Shown piece after piece: positions 27,532 through 40,852 of a stretch of DNA of 64,000 bases (its first letter is position 1; each line of letters begins with the position of its first letter). A model generated the notes under the pieces. The model made no database searches. It was given only the letters and a program-made list of their open reading frames with translations, and was not told where the DNA came from. This DNA is from Octopus vulgaris (taxonomy: Eukaryota). The stretch lies in assembly GCA_951406725.2 (NCBI GenBank), contig OX597830.1, positions 76,322,001 to 76,386,000 on the forward strand. Direction: 5' to 3'. A program made the translations under genes and the position numbers.

Positions 27532-27868
27532 GGAACAATAACATTAAAATAAAGCATAACACAAAAACATTGCAACAAAAATACATTCTCTGTATCTGAG
27601 GCACAGAGAGAGAGATGCGCGCCATAGTTTTCGTTTATGGGCGGGGCTTGTCTCATTAATATCAGAATCGTCATTTGATCCCAAGTCTAAACGCATAATT
27701 CCGACATATAGAAAACAGCGCATTAAGCCAGACGTTACGTAAATGGAGTAAGGTGATTACTATGCAAATATAGGAACAATAACATTAAAATAAAGCATAA
27801 CACAAAAACATTGCAACAAAAATACATTCTCTGTATCTGAGGCACAGAGAGAGATGCGCGCCATAGTC
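27532..27868. repeat. Local direct duplication of about 95 bp (27532-27627 and 27773-27868)
   Basis: GGAACAATAACATTAAAATAAAGCATAACAC...GAGATGCGCGCCATAGT occurs twice, differing by one GA unit. Confidence 0.92.
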
Positions 27869-27882
27869 TTGTGAAGGATGTC

Positions 27883-27915
<33 letters not shown>

Positions 27916-27963
27916 TAATATAGTAATAAAATAATAGTAATAATAATAACAATAATAATAATA

Positions 27964-27996
<33 letters not shown>

Positions 27997-28043
27997 ACAA
28001 CAAAAATAATGATGTGGAGGAGGAGAATAATGATTATGATAAA

Positions 28044-28077
<34 letters not shown>

Positions 28078-28088
28078 TAGGACTTCTA

Positions 28089-28141
<53 letters not shown>

Positions 28142-28188
28142 CAACAATAATGATGTGGAGGAGTAGGAGAATAATGATGATGATGATG

Positions 28189-28236
<48 letters not shown>

Positions 28237-28265
28237 GGAATAATAATAATAATAATAACAATAAC

Positions 28266-28303
<38 letters not shown>

Positions 28304-28645
28304 TGATGATGATGATTATAATTTTGAAAAAAAAACATGTATTCTATCAGTCCGAGCTGAGAAAAGAGGAGTGAAACATTTGTAAAACCGTTTGAGAAAT
28401 TGAGCAAATATTGAAGAACTCGGAGACAAACATCAGAAGAATGTGGTACCTCAAAGAAACAACGTCACCTATTGCTTTGCGGGTACTTGGAATGAGATTA
28501 AAACGAGCAAACACATATATAAACCAAATTCCTAGCAGACCTTAAATAACTGAATTTCGAAAGATCATTCTTATGGGTTCCTCAGATATTTTATATAAAT
28601 TCCTTTCCGAGTTAACTTATTCATTGAGTATTATAAATTTTGTAT

Positions 28646-28698
<53 letters not shown>

Positions 28699-28883
28699 CT
28701 GTATGACTATATATTATATTATGTATGTATATATTTTGTATTATGTATATTTTGTATTATGTATATACATACATACATGTATATATATATATATGTAAGT
28801 ATATGTGTGTGGGTGCATATATGTATGTATGTCTGTATGTGAATATATTGTATTGTGCATGTAAATATTTTGTATTATGTATG

Positions 28884-28933
<50 letters not shown>

Positions 28934-29039
28934 TGTATGTATGTATGTATATATGTATGTATGTAAGTATATATGTACGTATGTGTATGTGTGTGTATGT
29001 TTATACATTGTATTATCCATGTATATACTTTGTATTATG

Positions 29040-29075
<36 letters not shown>

Positions 29076-29138
29076 CATACATACACATATATATGTATGT
29101 AAGTATGTGTGTGAGCGTGCGCGCGCATGTGTCTGTAT

Positions 29139-29319
29139 AGGCGCAGGCGTGGCTGTGTGGTAAGAAGTTTGCTTGCCAGTCACATGATTTCGGGTTCAGT
29201 CCCACAGCAAGTTACATTGGGCAAATATCCTCTGCTATAATCTTGGACAGACCAAATATTTGTGAGTGGATTTGGTAGACGGAAACTGAAAGAAACCTCT
29301 CGTATACACATATACTTGC

Positions 29320-29375
<56 letters not shown>

Positions 29376-29550
29376 AAACGTGTTTGTGTTTATGTGTTCA
29401 TACCACTTTAATTGAGCAGTTTGTCAAAAATCACTATAGAATATACGTATCTGGTTTAAAAATAGAAGTTTCGGGCTCGATTCGTTTCGAGTAAAATTCT
29501 TCAAACCAGTGCCCCAACATGGGCGCAGTCTAATAACTGAAACAAAAAGA
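29139..29550 (+). mobile_element. SINE family A, older copy
   Basis: GGCGCAGGCGTGGCTGTGTGGTAAG head; degenerate tail CCAACATGGGCGCAGTCTAATAACTGAAAC. Confidence 0.85.
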
Positions 29551-29598
29551 GATATACATATAACATATATATATAGAGAGAGGCAATACATAAACACG

Positions 29599-29643
<45 letters not shown>

Positions 29644-30153
29644 GCTTACATGTATATATATACATATACATATATATATGTGTGTGTGTGTATGTGTGTA
29701 TACATAGAGAGAGAGAGGGAGAGAGTCATATATATGCATATATTAATATAGATTTCATTTATATAACATCATATCTATCTACCTATCCATGCATGTATGT
29801 ATGTAACTATCTATGTATGTACGTATGTATGTATGTATGTACGTATGTAGCAGTCCCGCCTACAACTAATATAGAAATATCAAAGCTTGACGCAACTAAA
29901 TCATTATTAGAAATAATTTTATGGGACACAGCATGGAGTACAACAAACGATTAATTTTTATATAATGTTACTTAGCCTTTTTCGCCCCTAGTTTGAAATT
30001 TAAATAATTAATTCATTAATTCATATGTTTACTCAGTGGTTTTTGAAGTAATTCTTTCTTCAGCACTAATGTTATAATTTCTACACACAACGGATTTATT
30101 CAGAAGATTATTGACTGAGATATAATAGAATCTGATTGCAAGAACGTCTGTGT

Positions 30154-30555
30154 GAGGCGGCGAACTGGCAGAATCGTTAGTACGCCGGGCTAAATGCTTA
30201 GCGGTATTTCGTCTGCCGCTACGTTCTGAGTTCAAATTCCGCCGAGGTCGACTTTGCCTTTCATCCTTTCGGGGTCGATAAATAAAGTACCAGTTACGCA
30301 CTGGGGTCGATGTAATCAACTTAATCCGTTTGTCTGTCCTTGTTTGTCCTCTCTGTGTTTCGCCCCTTCTGCGTAGTAAAGAAATATGTATTTCGTCTGC
30401 CGTTACGTTCTGAGTTTAAATTCCGCCGAGGTCGAATTTGCCTTTCATCCTTTCGATAAATTAAGTACCAGTTACGCACTGGGGTCGACGTAATTGACTT
30501 AATCCCTTTGTCTGTCCCCTCTATGTTTAGCCCCTTGTGGCCAATAAATAAATAA
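30154..30555 (+). mobile_element. SINE family B tandem dimer
   Basis: Full copy 30154-30385, followed directly by a head-less copy starting at GTATTTCGTCTGCC. The central GACTTTGCCTTTCATCCTTTCGGGGTCGATAAA..AGTACCAG resembles the Meta-type SINE domain (from memory). Confidence 0.93.
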
Positions 30556-30556
30556 G

Positions 30557-30592
<36 letters not shown>

Positions 30593-31253
30593 TGTATGCG
30601 TGTGGTTCTCGAATCAATATGGTAGCTTTTAGTAGTCCTTGACCTGCTACTAATAGTTGCTTAATAATCTCCCTCAAGCAAAGATTCTTAAGAGAATCTA
30701 GTGTTACCCACGGGATGTATGAGATACTTTAATATTTAGTATTTTCTGGTTTAATTTCTTTTGTGCCTCAGGACACTTAAGGACCATAAACCGGTTACCC
30801 GGTCTTCATGGCGTTCGTATATATGACCGACATCAAAGCAGCATCGCTGAACGGGACGTTACTTTGTTTCAGGGTTGAAAACCAGCAATGTTTGCAACGA
30901 TAGACTGAGTTAATAACATTGATCCCAGTACATGAATGAACTTTATTTTATTGTCCCCGAATTGATGGGAGTTGGGTAAAGCTGACTTCAGTGGAATTTG
31001 AATTCAGACAGCAAAAACCAGTAGAAATACGTTAAGAATTCCAAAAGCAACAAACTATTAACACGTTTCAAATTTATAATGATCGAAGTATTAGAGTAGA
31101 AAGGGTCTTTAAAGCAACTGGTAAAAACAATAGGTTTTTGGATCTCATTAGAAACAAGTAAAAGAATATATACTTCACTAAGTCTCTCTCCCCTTTATTT
31201 CTTTTTCTCTCTCTCTCTTTCACCCTCTCTCTCTATCTCTTTCTCTATCTCTT

Positions 31254-31286
<33 letters not shown>

Positions 31287-31302
31287 TTCTCTCTCTCTCT
31301 TT

Positions 31303-31427
31303 ATCATCACGTCATCATCACGTGACCGACGAGACCATCAGATGATGTTACACATCGCTGGTCACAATGCGTTCGCATTGTTTTAGCCTTCGAATGACGC
31401 CACCCCACTGGCTAAGCGAGCAGGCCA
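31303..31427 (-). mobile_element. Isolated retroelement 3' tail, same as the tail of the SINE at 48475
   Basis: Reverse complement matches 48665-48786 (CTGCTCGCTTAGCCAG.GGGGTGGCGTCATT.GAAGGCTAAAACAATGCGAA...GTCGGTCACG). Confidence 0.85.
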
Positions 31428-31435
31428 CTCACTCT

Positions 31436-31478
<43 letters not shown>

Positions 31479-31613
31479 TTGTGTATGTGTATATTAATGT
31501 GTTATTATGCATAGTTGTAAAGCTATACATTAAAGACAGTCAGCCATTAAATTGGATGATGAGTAAGTACAGTTCACTACTAGAATTATGTAGTTTTACA
31601 AGGGAAAGTTCGC

Positions 31614-31696
31614 CAGTGACTTCGAAGTTTCGGTTTACTTGCTGTCATCAGACTGTCTGATGATGGGAAGTCAACCAAAGCTTCCAGAAGTCGCTG
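31614..31696. ncRNA. Head-to-head pair of partly decayed hammerhead motifs
   Basis: Minus 31655-31614: CAGT-CTGATGA-cagcaagtaaacc-GAAA-CTTCGAAG-TC-ACTG. Plus 31657-31696: CTGATGA-tgggaagtcaacc-AAAG-CTTCCAGAAG-TC-GCTG. Stem II is degraded in the first copy and the GAAA box in the second. Confidence 0.6.
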
Positions 31697-31821
31697 CCAA
31701 TCTGTACCAAGAACACATACATACATACAAATAAATTCATATATATATTATTCATACATACATAAATACATACATATTTATATATCATACATATATAATT
31801 ATATATAAGTATATATATAGA

Positions 31822-31880
<59 letters not shown>

Positions 31881-31944
31881 CTATATACATATATATACAC
31901 ACTATGCACACACACACACACATACACAGTCATATGTCTTTATT

Positions 31945-32157
31945 TTCAAATTTCAGCAGATAGCCAGTAATTTCGTGGGAGGGCATAAGTCGATTATGTC
32001 GACCCCAGTATTCAACTGGTACTTATTTTATCGACCCTGAAAAGATGAAAGACAAAGTGGGTCTGGGTGGAATTTGAACTTAGAACGTGTAGACGGGACG
32101 AAATACCACGACGCGCTTCGCCCGGTGTGCTATCTGTTCTACCAACTCGCCGTCTTA
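31945..32157 (-). mobile_element. SINE family B, older copy
   Basis: GGTACTTATTTTATCGACCCTGAAAAGATGAAAG...GGAATTTGAACTTAGAACG...CCAACTCGCCGTCTT. Confidence 0.85.
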
Positions 32158-32763
32158 AACTGATTTAAATATGAGACCCCTGTCAACCAGTATTGTACAT
32201 ATTGCACAAAAATTTTAATTATCTGATCTTACCAGAGTTATCTATCTTGACTGCCGTTTTCAGATTTTAAGCAATCATCAAGTGAGTCTGTTCATGGCTT
32301 GCATAATTTCAAATGATCGAATTTTACTTCCTGCTAACTAACTGTATTACACATGTGAAACTAAAAACCGTGAGTGTTAGAGAACTGTTCGTTATGTATG
32401 TTGATCAGGTCATCTGTCCACAACAAAAAGAATGTGTCACCACCGCTACTACCACTCCTACTGTAGCTGCTGTTGATGATGAGGATGAGGATGATGATGA
32501 TGATGATGATGATACATCAGTTGCATACACAGCTGGTGATGCTGCTATTGATATGATGCAATTTGATCAACAGATATTACATATTACTGTGCATTGCATT
32601 CTAATTCATATGTACAAGCTCACATACACAGCTTGTCTTCATCTCTCTGTCTATCTGTCCTTCTCTCTCTCTCTCTCTATCTCTCTATCTCTCTATCTAT
32701 TTATCTATCTATCTATCTATCTATCTGTCTGTCAGTTTGTCTGTCTGTTTGTCTTTCTGACTG

Positions 32764-32842
<79 letters not shown>

Positions 32843-33004
32843 GTCTGTCTGCTGTCTGTCTGTCTGTATGTCTGTATGTCTGTCTATCTATCTATTTATT
32901 TATCTATCTATCTAGCTAACAATTTATCCATCTATCTATTTATCTATCTATCTATCTATCTGTCTATCTATCTATCTGTCTGTCTGTATGTCTGTCTATC
33001 TATA

Positions 33005-33039
<35 letters not shown>

Positions 33040-33071
33040 GTATCTATTTGTCTGTCTGTCTTTCTATCTAT

Positions 33072-33128
<57 letters not shown>

Positions 33129-33395
33129 CAAATCTTGTCTCTCTGCCTCTCCATCGCATCACCCCCTGATCTCTATCAACAGTTTTCTTTCTTTCTCAAA
33201 TTATATTTTTTTATATACCAGGAGTACTTTTTTCACTTCCATTATTGCATTTTCCCTCTTCTTTTCGCTGGCTTTTTGGCTCATTTCAGATGCCGTTAGA
33301 CCATGCTGTAGCACCACTTAATGCAATGTCACCTATATTGATTTTTTTTCCTTTCTGTTAGACTGGTTTAATAAATATTTTATTTATCGTTAACA

Positions 33396-33448
<53 letters not shown>

Positions 33449-33818
33449 AACTTTTACAGTACATGAATGTTTGCATGTATGTGTGTGAATAGGCATGTGT
33501 GTACAAGTCTATATGTGTGTGTATGTCAGTATATTGTGTGTCGCGCACGTACACGTACACATACATTTAAGTAAACACACACATACATATGTATATATAT
33601 ATATATATACACACATACATACATACCAAAGCTGGAACCTATAGACGCTTGCATGGCTTCTGCTGTTTAATACGGAATCATGTCACTGTGAAATGTATGT
33701 TCAATTTAGCAAATAGGTCCTCGTTTTCGTTTCCCGAGGGGTGTATATATGGATAATTGTAGAACTAATAACGGAATACATTGTCTAATAATCACTCCAA
33801 GTTTACACTAGAAACATA

Positions 33819-33856
<38 letters not shown>

Positions 33857-33895
33857 GCCGCCCACTCTTTAGCCCTCTGTATGTTTATGCGTGTG

Positions 33896-33941
<46 letters not shown>

Positions 33942-33951
33942 CATGTATATG

Positions 33952-34006
<55 letters not shown>

Positions 34007-34212
34007 GAGAGAGAGAAGTGGAGAAAGACAGACCAATGGAAATATATATTTATATTTTCCAATATTTTCCACATGGATGCTTAAATATTCCAAATATGAA
34101 TTATTATTGAATATATCTACATTGAAAATACACACACAGTCATACAGGAAAAACATATTTGATATATGCATATACATACATAAACATATATGAATATACA
34201 TGCATACATATA

Positions 34213-34262
<50 letters not shown>

Positions 34263-34604
34263 GTGTGTATGCATAAGTATATGTTTGTATATATATATAT
34301 GTATGCTTGTGTATATGTTATAACTTATATCTCCTCCTCAATTTGCACTTTATCTTTTTCCTACAGCTTTATGCTGTTTATTCAAATTGTCCATTGGTCT
34401 GTCTCTAGTTTGGCTTCTTCTTCGTCCATTTACTAACCATTGTATTCATCGTTTATTTAAGACTCCATGCTGTGAATTGAAGTGGACTTGGTTGATATTT
34501 ATAGCAAATCGAGTTGGAGTAGGTACCCGCGGTTTATTTATTTGTTTTAGTTCTAATACTATTTACATCTTACCTTGTACATCCGCTACAAAATTGTTGA
34601 TTAT

Positions 34605-35152
34605 AAGGCGGCGAGCTGGCAGAAACTTTAGCACGCCGGGCGAAATGCTTAGCGGTATTTTCGCCTGCCGCTACGTTCTGAGTTCCAATTCCGCCGAGGT
34701 CGACTTTGCCTTTCATCCTTTCGGGGTCGATAAATTAAGCACCAGTTACACACTGCGGTTGATATAATCGACTTAATCTGTTTGTCTGTCCTTGTTTGTC
34801 CTCTCTGTGTTTAGCCCCCTTCGTCTGCCGTTACGTTCTGAGTTCAAATCCCGCCGAGGTCGATTTTGCCTTTCATCCTTTCGGGGTCGATTAAATAAGT
34901 ACTAGTTGCGCACTGGGATCGATATAATCGACTTAATCCGTTTGTCTGTCCTTGTTTGTCCTCTCTTGTTGGTAGTAAAGAAATAGGTATTTCGTTTGCC
35001 GCTAAGTTCTGAGTTCAAATTCCGCCGAGGTCGACTTTGCCTTTCCTCCTTTCGTGGTCGATAAAATAAGTACCAATTACGTACTGGGTTCGGTCTAATT
35101 GAGTGTCCCCTCCCCAAAAATTTCGGGCCTTGTGCGTAGAGTAGTAAAGAAT
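34605..35152 (+). mobile_element. SINE family B tandem trimer; last unit has an alternative tail
   Basis: Units at 34605-34820, 34821-34985 and 34986-35152. The third ends in AATTTCGGGCCTTGTGCGTAGAGTAG, like the copy at 51715-51910. Confidence 0.93.
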
Positions 35153-35501
35153 ATTATTAATTATATTTTAAATCCTCTCAAGATTTTAAATATGTTTTCT
35201 TTATGTGTACATACTAAGAGCGATCGGCATAAAGCTTCTTCCATTTAACACAAGGCCACCATTTTAATTACCAATCATTTGCTGTACATCGATTCTATCG
35301 ATTTACTCTTGTAAATAGTTGGTGATTTCAGTTGATATAAACTTTACTATAAATATATTTACGAAGTTGAAAGGTAACACTTGGAGCCAGTGCCAACTGC
35401 ATGCAGTAATTAACTAAAACTCAGTAAGGCTTTTGGTTCGATGCTTTACAAATGATGGAAACGGCTACACCTATAATTTTTAATAATCATAATAAAAAAA
35501 A

Positions 35502-35883
35502 GGAGCACTCCGTCGGTTGCGACGATGAGGGTCCCAGCTGATACGATCAACGGAACAGCTTGCTCGTGATATTAACGTGCAAGTGGCTGAGCACTCCACA
35601 GACACGTGTACCCTTAACGTAGTTCTCGAGGAGATTCAGCGTGACACAGAGTGTGACAAGGCTGGCCCTTTGAAATACAGGTACAAGAGAAACAGGAAGA
35701 AAGAGCGTGAGAAAGTTGTGGTGAAAGAGTACAGCAGGGTTCACCACCACCCCCTGCCGGAGCCTCGTGGAGCTTTAGGTGTTTTCGCTCAATAAACACT
35801 CACAATGCCCCGTCTGGGAATCGAAACCGCGATCCTCCGACCGCGAGTCCGCTGCCCTAACCACTGGGCCATTGCGCCTCCAC
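35502..35883 (-). mobile_element. SINE family C, full length
   Basis: Head GGAGGCGCAATGGCCCAGTGGTTAGGGC...GGTTTCGATTCC (A and B boxes); colinear with 37871-38256. Confidence 0.95.
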
Positions 35884-36019
35884 AATAACAATAATAATAA
35901 CTATCCTTTCTACTATAGACACAAGGATTGAAACCATAACCCTAACCCTAACCTCCTTGTAGTTAAGATATATCTCTTTGCAGATCCTTGATTTAATTCT
36001 CAGTAACAGTTAAATGTTT

Positions 36020-36687
36020 CTAAACCATCGTTTTACCCTGCATTTTATCTTTATGGTTGTCCTGCAGTTTATGCAAATGGTCCCTCGTTGACAGTTCGAA
36101 GCACTGTGAGCTTCATACACAGTGAACTTTATACAGTTCCAGAGATAAGATGAGCTCCTCTTCACCTGTCTTTCCGCTTAAGTTCACTTGTTGTGACGAA
36201 GGGATGGCATGATGATCTGTAACAATTATCTTCTTACCATCACCGACTGTTTGCGACCGCTTCCACCCTTTATCTATTTGTAATTGCTGCATAACAATTA
36301 AGTGGTACTATGTTTTATACGACTTTCTTTAAATAAGGCTCTAGCGTTAAGGGGCTACTACGCAGAAGGAAAGGAAGGGGCCAGCCTTACAAATTCAGAT
36401 GCTACTGAGTGAAAGAGAGCTCAAAAAAAAAGAAGAAAAAAAGAAAAAGAATATTATAAAAGCTACTAGAATAAAATGACTAATGACTAAAAGAACATCT
36501 GTTTCTACTAACTCAAATATTCGCTCTCTAATCTCGGTGCTGCAGCAGTATTGCCAGCGATACTGGAAGTGGTGATACGACAGGAGTTGCCTTAGAATCA
36601 GTAGCTTCCGAAATCTGCAATTTATCCACTTCTCCATCTCTACAGGTCCTTTTTCTAGTCTGACTGCTAAGTCTTTCATTGATGCAA
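36020..36687 (-). other. Two exon-like unique segments
   Basis: Minus-strand acceptor TTTTTTTCAG (36690-36688) is followed by two open frames (CINERLSSQTRKRT..., ASMKDLAVRLEKGPVEMEKW...). A second segment from 36286 reads QLQIDKGWKRSQTVGD and has a GTAAGA donor. No family recognised. Confidence 0.22.
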
Positions 36688-36939
36688 CTGAAAAAAACTT
36701 GAAATTTATATTGATGATTGATAAGGGTGGTGGGAGGAGAGTAAATGGAAGAGCAGGAAGGGGAAATGATTTTAACCAATGGTAATGTTACAAACCATAA
36801 AGTAAAGGAACATATCAGTAGATGCATACATACCTACATACATACATGCATACATGCATGTATACATACTTGTATGCATAATACAAATATACATGTATGC
36901 ATATATATAGCTGCACACATACAAGCATTCAAACATACA

Positions 36940-36972
<33 letters not shown>

Positions 36973-37013
36973 GCATAAATACTTACACAAAAAATGCCTA
37001 AAGTGCTATATTT

Positions 37014-37067
<54 letters not shown>

Positions 37068-37236
37068 TGATGATGATGATAATAATAATAATTTTGATAT
37101 GCGGTTACCACGTCATGCACACGGTTGTGATGCACGCGTCTGGTGTACACTTATCGGACGGGTAGTCAAGATGGGTATATTGGGTTTCGTATATTTGTAC
37201 TCCTGCGTCACTTTGGCGTGTGCTACTCCTTCACTC

Positions 37237-37281
<45 letters not shown>

Positions 37282-37870
37282 TGTTGTTCTATAGACGTAT
37301 GCATACATACACCCACGCAAATGTGTGTCTGTACATGTGTGTATGTTTATATGTATGTACGTATGTGTATGTGCATATACAGTATGTGTGTGTGTATTAT
37401 TTATATTTATTGGTAGGCAACTGATGCTTCACTCAATTTTTACTCGGAGTTTGGCAGCCACCTACGATCACTGACGTAGTCCCGACCTCAATGTAATCAT
37501 CTATTGATGCACAGGTTAAATCGATTCTCATTGGTCTACAGCAGTCAGCTGGCATTTAGTGCTAACGGGTATCTCTGAGTAAGTTTTTGTAGGGATTAGA
37601 CTTTTCTGACTGATCTGCGAGTGTCAGGATGGTAGTCGAGCGTATGCCTTGTTTCGATTTAGAAATTTTAAATATTGGAAAGTTATGGAAGTTTCTAACA
37701 TTTTTTGAGTTTCCAAACGTATTTCTTCAAAAAAAAAAAAAAAAAAATGACGTTTTATGTTGGCATTGAAATAAGATGTTTCTCTTTACCGATATCAGTG
37801 GTTCTTTACCAATCTGGAATTTTTCAGTTATGCATGATTTGCAGTTCTATTCCCCCATTAGTATACAGTG

Positions 37871-38256
37871 TGGAGGCGCAATGGCCCAGTGGTTAGGGCA
37901 GTGGACTCGCGGTCGTAGGATCGCGGTTTCAATTCCCAGACCGGGCGTTGTGAGCGTTTATTGAGCGAAAACACCTAAAGCTCCACGAGGCTCCGGCAGG
38001 GGATGGTGGTGATCCCTGCTGTACTCTTTCACCACAACTTTCTCTCTCACTCTTACTTCCTGTTTCTGTTGTACCTGTATTTCAAAGGGCCGGCCTTGTC
38101 ACTCTCTGTGTCACGCTGAATATCCCCGAGAACTACGTTAAGGGTGCACGTGTCTGTGGAGTGCTCAGCCACTTACACGTTAATTTCAGGAGCAGGCTGT
38201 TCCGTTGATTCGAATCAACCGGAACCCTCATCGTCGTAACCAACGGAGTGCTTCCC
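37871..38256 (+). mobile_element. SINE family C, full length, 9-bp TSD
   Basis: A/B boxes as above; ATACAGTGT at 37863-37871 and 38257-38265. Confidence 0.95.
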
Positions 38257-38529
38257 ATACAGTGTTGCTTTATCGAAGATGTTTCAGTTTATAAACAGGT
38301 TAATTCCAGCTGTTCTTTAATTTCCAAATCAATCGTACCGACGAAGAAGAAAACGCTCTGCTCACAATCTGAATAAGTCCATATGATGCTATTATTAGCT
38401 CATTCAGACAATCGCAAGGTGTAACGTATTATTTATTCCACTCGATATCATCCTTTGGTGTCTTGTATTTGCTTAATAAAGTATTGTCGCAGAAAATCAA
38501 GTGCTTCTAAGCGGGTTAAACGGTATCTG

Positions 38530-38763
38530 AAGGCGGCGAGCTGGCAGAAACGTTAGCACGCCGGACGAAACGCGTAGCCGTATTTCGTCTGCCGTTACGT
38601 TCTCAGTTCAAATCCCGCCGAGGTCGACTTTGCCTTTCATCCTTTCGGGGTCGATTAAATAAGTACCAGTTATGCATTGACGTCGATTTAATCGACTTAA
38701 TCCGTCTGTCTGTCCTTGTTTGTTTCCGCCTGTGTTTAGCCCCTTGTGGGTAGTAAAGAAATA
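38530..38763 (+). mobile_element. SINE family B, full length, 8-bp TSD
   Basis: AAGGCGGCGAGCTGGCAGAAACGTTAGC head; TSD GGTATCTG at 38522-38529 and 38764-38771. Confidence 0.95.
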
Positions 38764-39229
38764 GGTATCTGCTCTTTAATGTTGGATTTTTGGATGTGGC
38801 TTGGTCGATTGATTGTAATGATCGTTCTGGGAAAGGATATTTTCCCAATAAGAGTGACTCACATGCATTGCATTGGTTTTAAAGGGTTTGTGATATCTAC
38901 GTCTAGTTTTGATATTAGGTCCTAGCTTATTTGGTGGTTACATTTTGTTATATCACACGTTCGGATGACCTCTACTCAACTCTGACGTCTAGACTTCTCC
39001 CTCTATATCTACGTAATGTGGCTACTCTACTTCATCGTCTCGGGGCGTCCACACAACCCATTTATGCTAAAATGTGGTTGGAATCAAATTATTTTCCTCT
39101 TCCTGGTAGTGCTGATGTTCATTGGATATAAATTATTGGCTAAAACTGCTTAATGTTCTTGCGTCAGCGTAATGGTGGGAAGCATTTCAAAACATTCCTT
39201 GGCAGAAGATGGCTTGAAATTGGTTATGT

Positions 39230-39440
39230 TGATTCGCTAGCTTCTGCACGCATTTTTTTTTCTCTCCTTGTTTCTCTCCGTGTTTCTTTTCTGTGTATCT
39301 TTCTGATGAAGAGCGTAGGCTCGAAATGTAAAAGACTTGCTTTATTTATATTCCTGAGCGCCATACTAATACAATTGGTTGTTTGTATTCCACCTGCCTT
39401 CGTCTTTTGTTTATTTTCATAAAGCTTCCCGCTATCTATA
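39230..39440 (+). mobile_element. Penelope-like terminal repeat remnant
   Basis: Pyrimidine-rich segment carrying a hammerhead motif; a related segment is inverted at 58400-58590. Decayed coding-like flanks (38770-39780) are possible but unverified. Confidence 0.6.
39298..39335 (+). ncRNA. Ultra-minimal type I hammerhead motif
   Basis: TCTTT-CTGATGA-a-GAGC-gtag-GCTC-GAAA-TG-TA-AAAGA. Stem I TCTTT/AAAGA, stem II GAGC/GCTC, stem III almost absent (CG in the 58479-58514 relative). Confidence 0.7.
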
Positions 39441-40792
39441 AAGTTCTTCATTATGGACGGGAAACTGATTAGAATTCTTGTGTATGAATATTCTTTAGCT
39501 TAGTTTTTTTCGATACAATTACATTTTTTAATGTGTTTTGTTCTAACATCAAGTGGTTTGAGTTGAGAGAGTGAGATATTATTTTCAATGGATTAACTTG
39601 CTGTGTGGCGGCTCCTTCGTTGTTGATTTTTGATGTGGTTATACCTAGAGTAATACCTATAAATTTAACTATTCTAAAAATGGTTTTAATATTGTTGCTT
39701 TTGCTGTATTCTTTAAATATTATCACCAGATCAATTCTAAATCTCTGTATGTTTGGAGTTTATGCTAAATAATACTTACGAGCCTTCCTTACGTTATAGA
39801 CTCGACGAATGGTTATTGAGGCGTGTAACAAGAGAATACACTTCCGCCTAGCCTTAGCTTCCCATGGAAACTTCGAATAAAAGATCAGCCCAGATTTGAC
39901 TTAATAGAAACTGCTACGATGAAAAGCCGACTTCTGGACATATACATTGTAATAGTTTTCGCATCGTGGTTGATAGTAGTGGTGAAATTTTTTTTTTTTT
40001 TCCTGAAACACCGCGATTTCAGAAGAAATATCTATATCGATGATTGATAATCTAATCTCGAATTATCTGGTTATGCAAGTTGAATTGTCTTCCATTCACA
40101 CACACACGCTCGCGCGCATGTGTATGTGCGTGTGTATATATTTAAGTTTATTTCACAGAAAGACAGACGGGGGTTCAGAGAGAGAAAGAGTGAATGTATG
40201 CGTATACGTGCGTGCACGCGCCTGTCTATAAATAGTAATATCTATGTACTTTACATTTACATATACACCCTCTGCAGTTTCTTTTATAAAACATCAGTGC
40301 CATTTTCACATATAATGCGTATATATGTACGTATATATACACACACACATACACAATTATACATTTATAAACAAGCGTATATTAAAGTCTCATATTCAGA
40401 GAGAGAGAGAGAGACAGGGAGAGAGAGAGAGGGGGTAGGAAGAAGAGGAGTGCGTCATGCGGTGAGAAACAGCTTTAAGTAAACCGCATGTCGCTGGAAT
40501 AGTTGAATGAACGAATGAACGAATAAGGTGAATAAAAGAATAGACGTTAGAAAATTTTTGTGTTCTAACATAGCTGCGTAGTTGTCATGGTTACGGCTGC
40601 TACTACTACAACTATCACAGCTTAGTATGGCTGTAGAGAACAGTCAGTGATATTGGACATAAGAAAACAGAGAGGTGTATAAACGTATTCGGTCAAAGAT
40701 TCGCTTTGGTAAATTGTAATGTTGTATGTGGCTGTGTGTGTGTGTGTGTGTGTGCGCGCGCGCGCGCCTGAGTATGTATATATGTATGTATG

Positions 40793-40850
<58 letters not shown>

Positions 40851-40852
<2 letters not shown>

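Noticed and set aside
32313-32600. ORF with acidic tract DDEDEDDDD
   Set aside because: The acidic run is a (GAT)n microsatellite and the frame continues into (TATC)n; no splice or homology support.
34605-35152. Regularly spaced repeats suggestive of a CRISPR array
   Set aside because: Units of about 165-215 bp are whole SINE bodies with no unique spacers; eukaryotic context and no cas genes.
35937-35953. TAACCCTAACCCTAACC telomere-like motif
   Set aside because: Under three units; too short to call an interstitial telomere.
37871-37950. tRNA-like sequences with A and B boxes (also 13559, 44893, 48475, 61310-61380)
   Set aside because: They are SINE heads attached to repeated bodies, tails and TSDs; no proper acceptor stem or cloverleaf.
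39469-39726. 85-aa ORF next to the Penelope-like terminus
   Set aside because: Could be decayed PLE coding sequence, but no RT or GIY-YIG motif is identifiable, so it is not called as a CDS.
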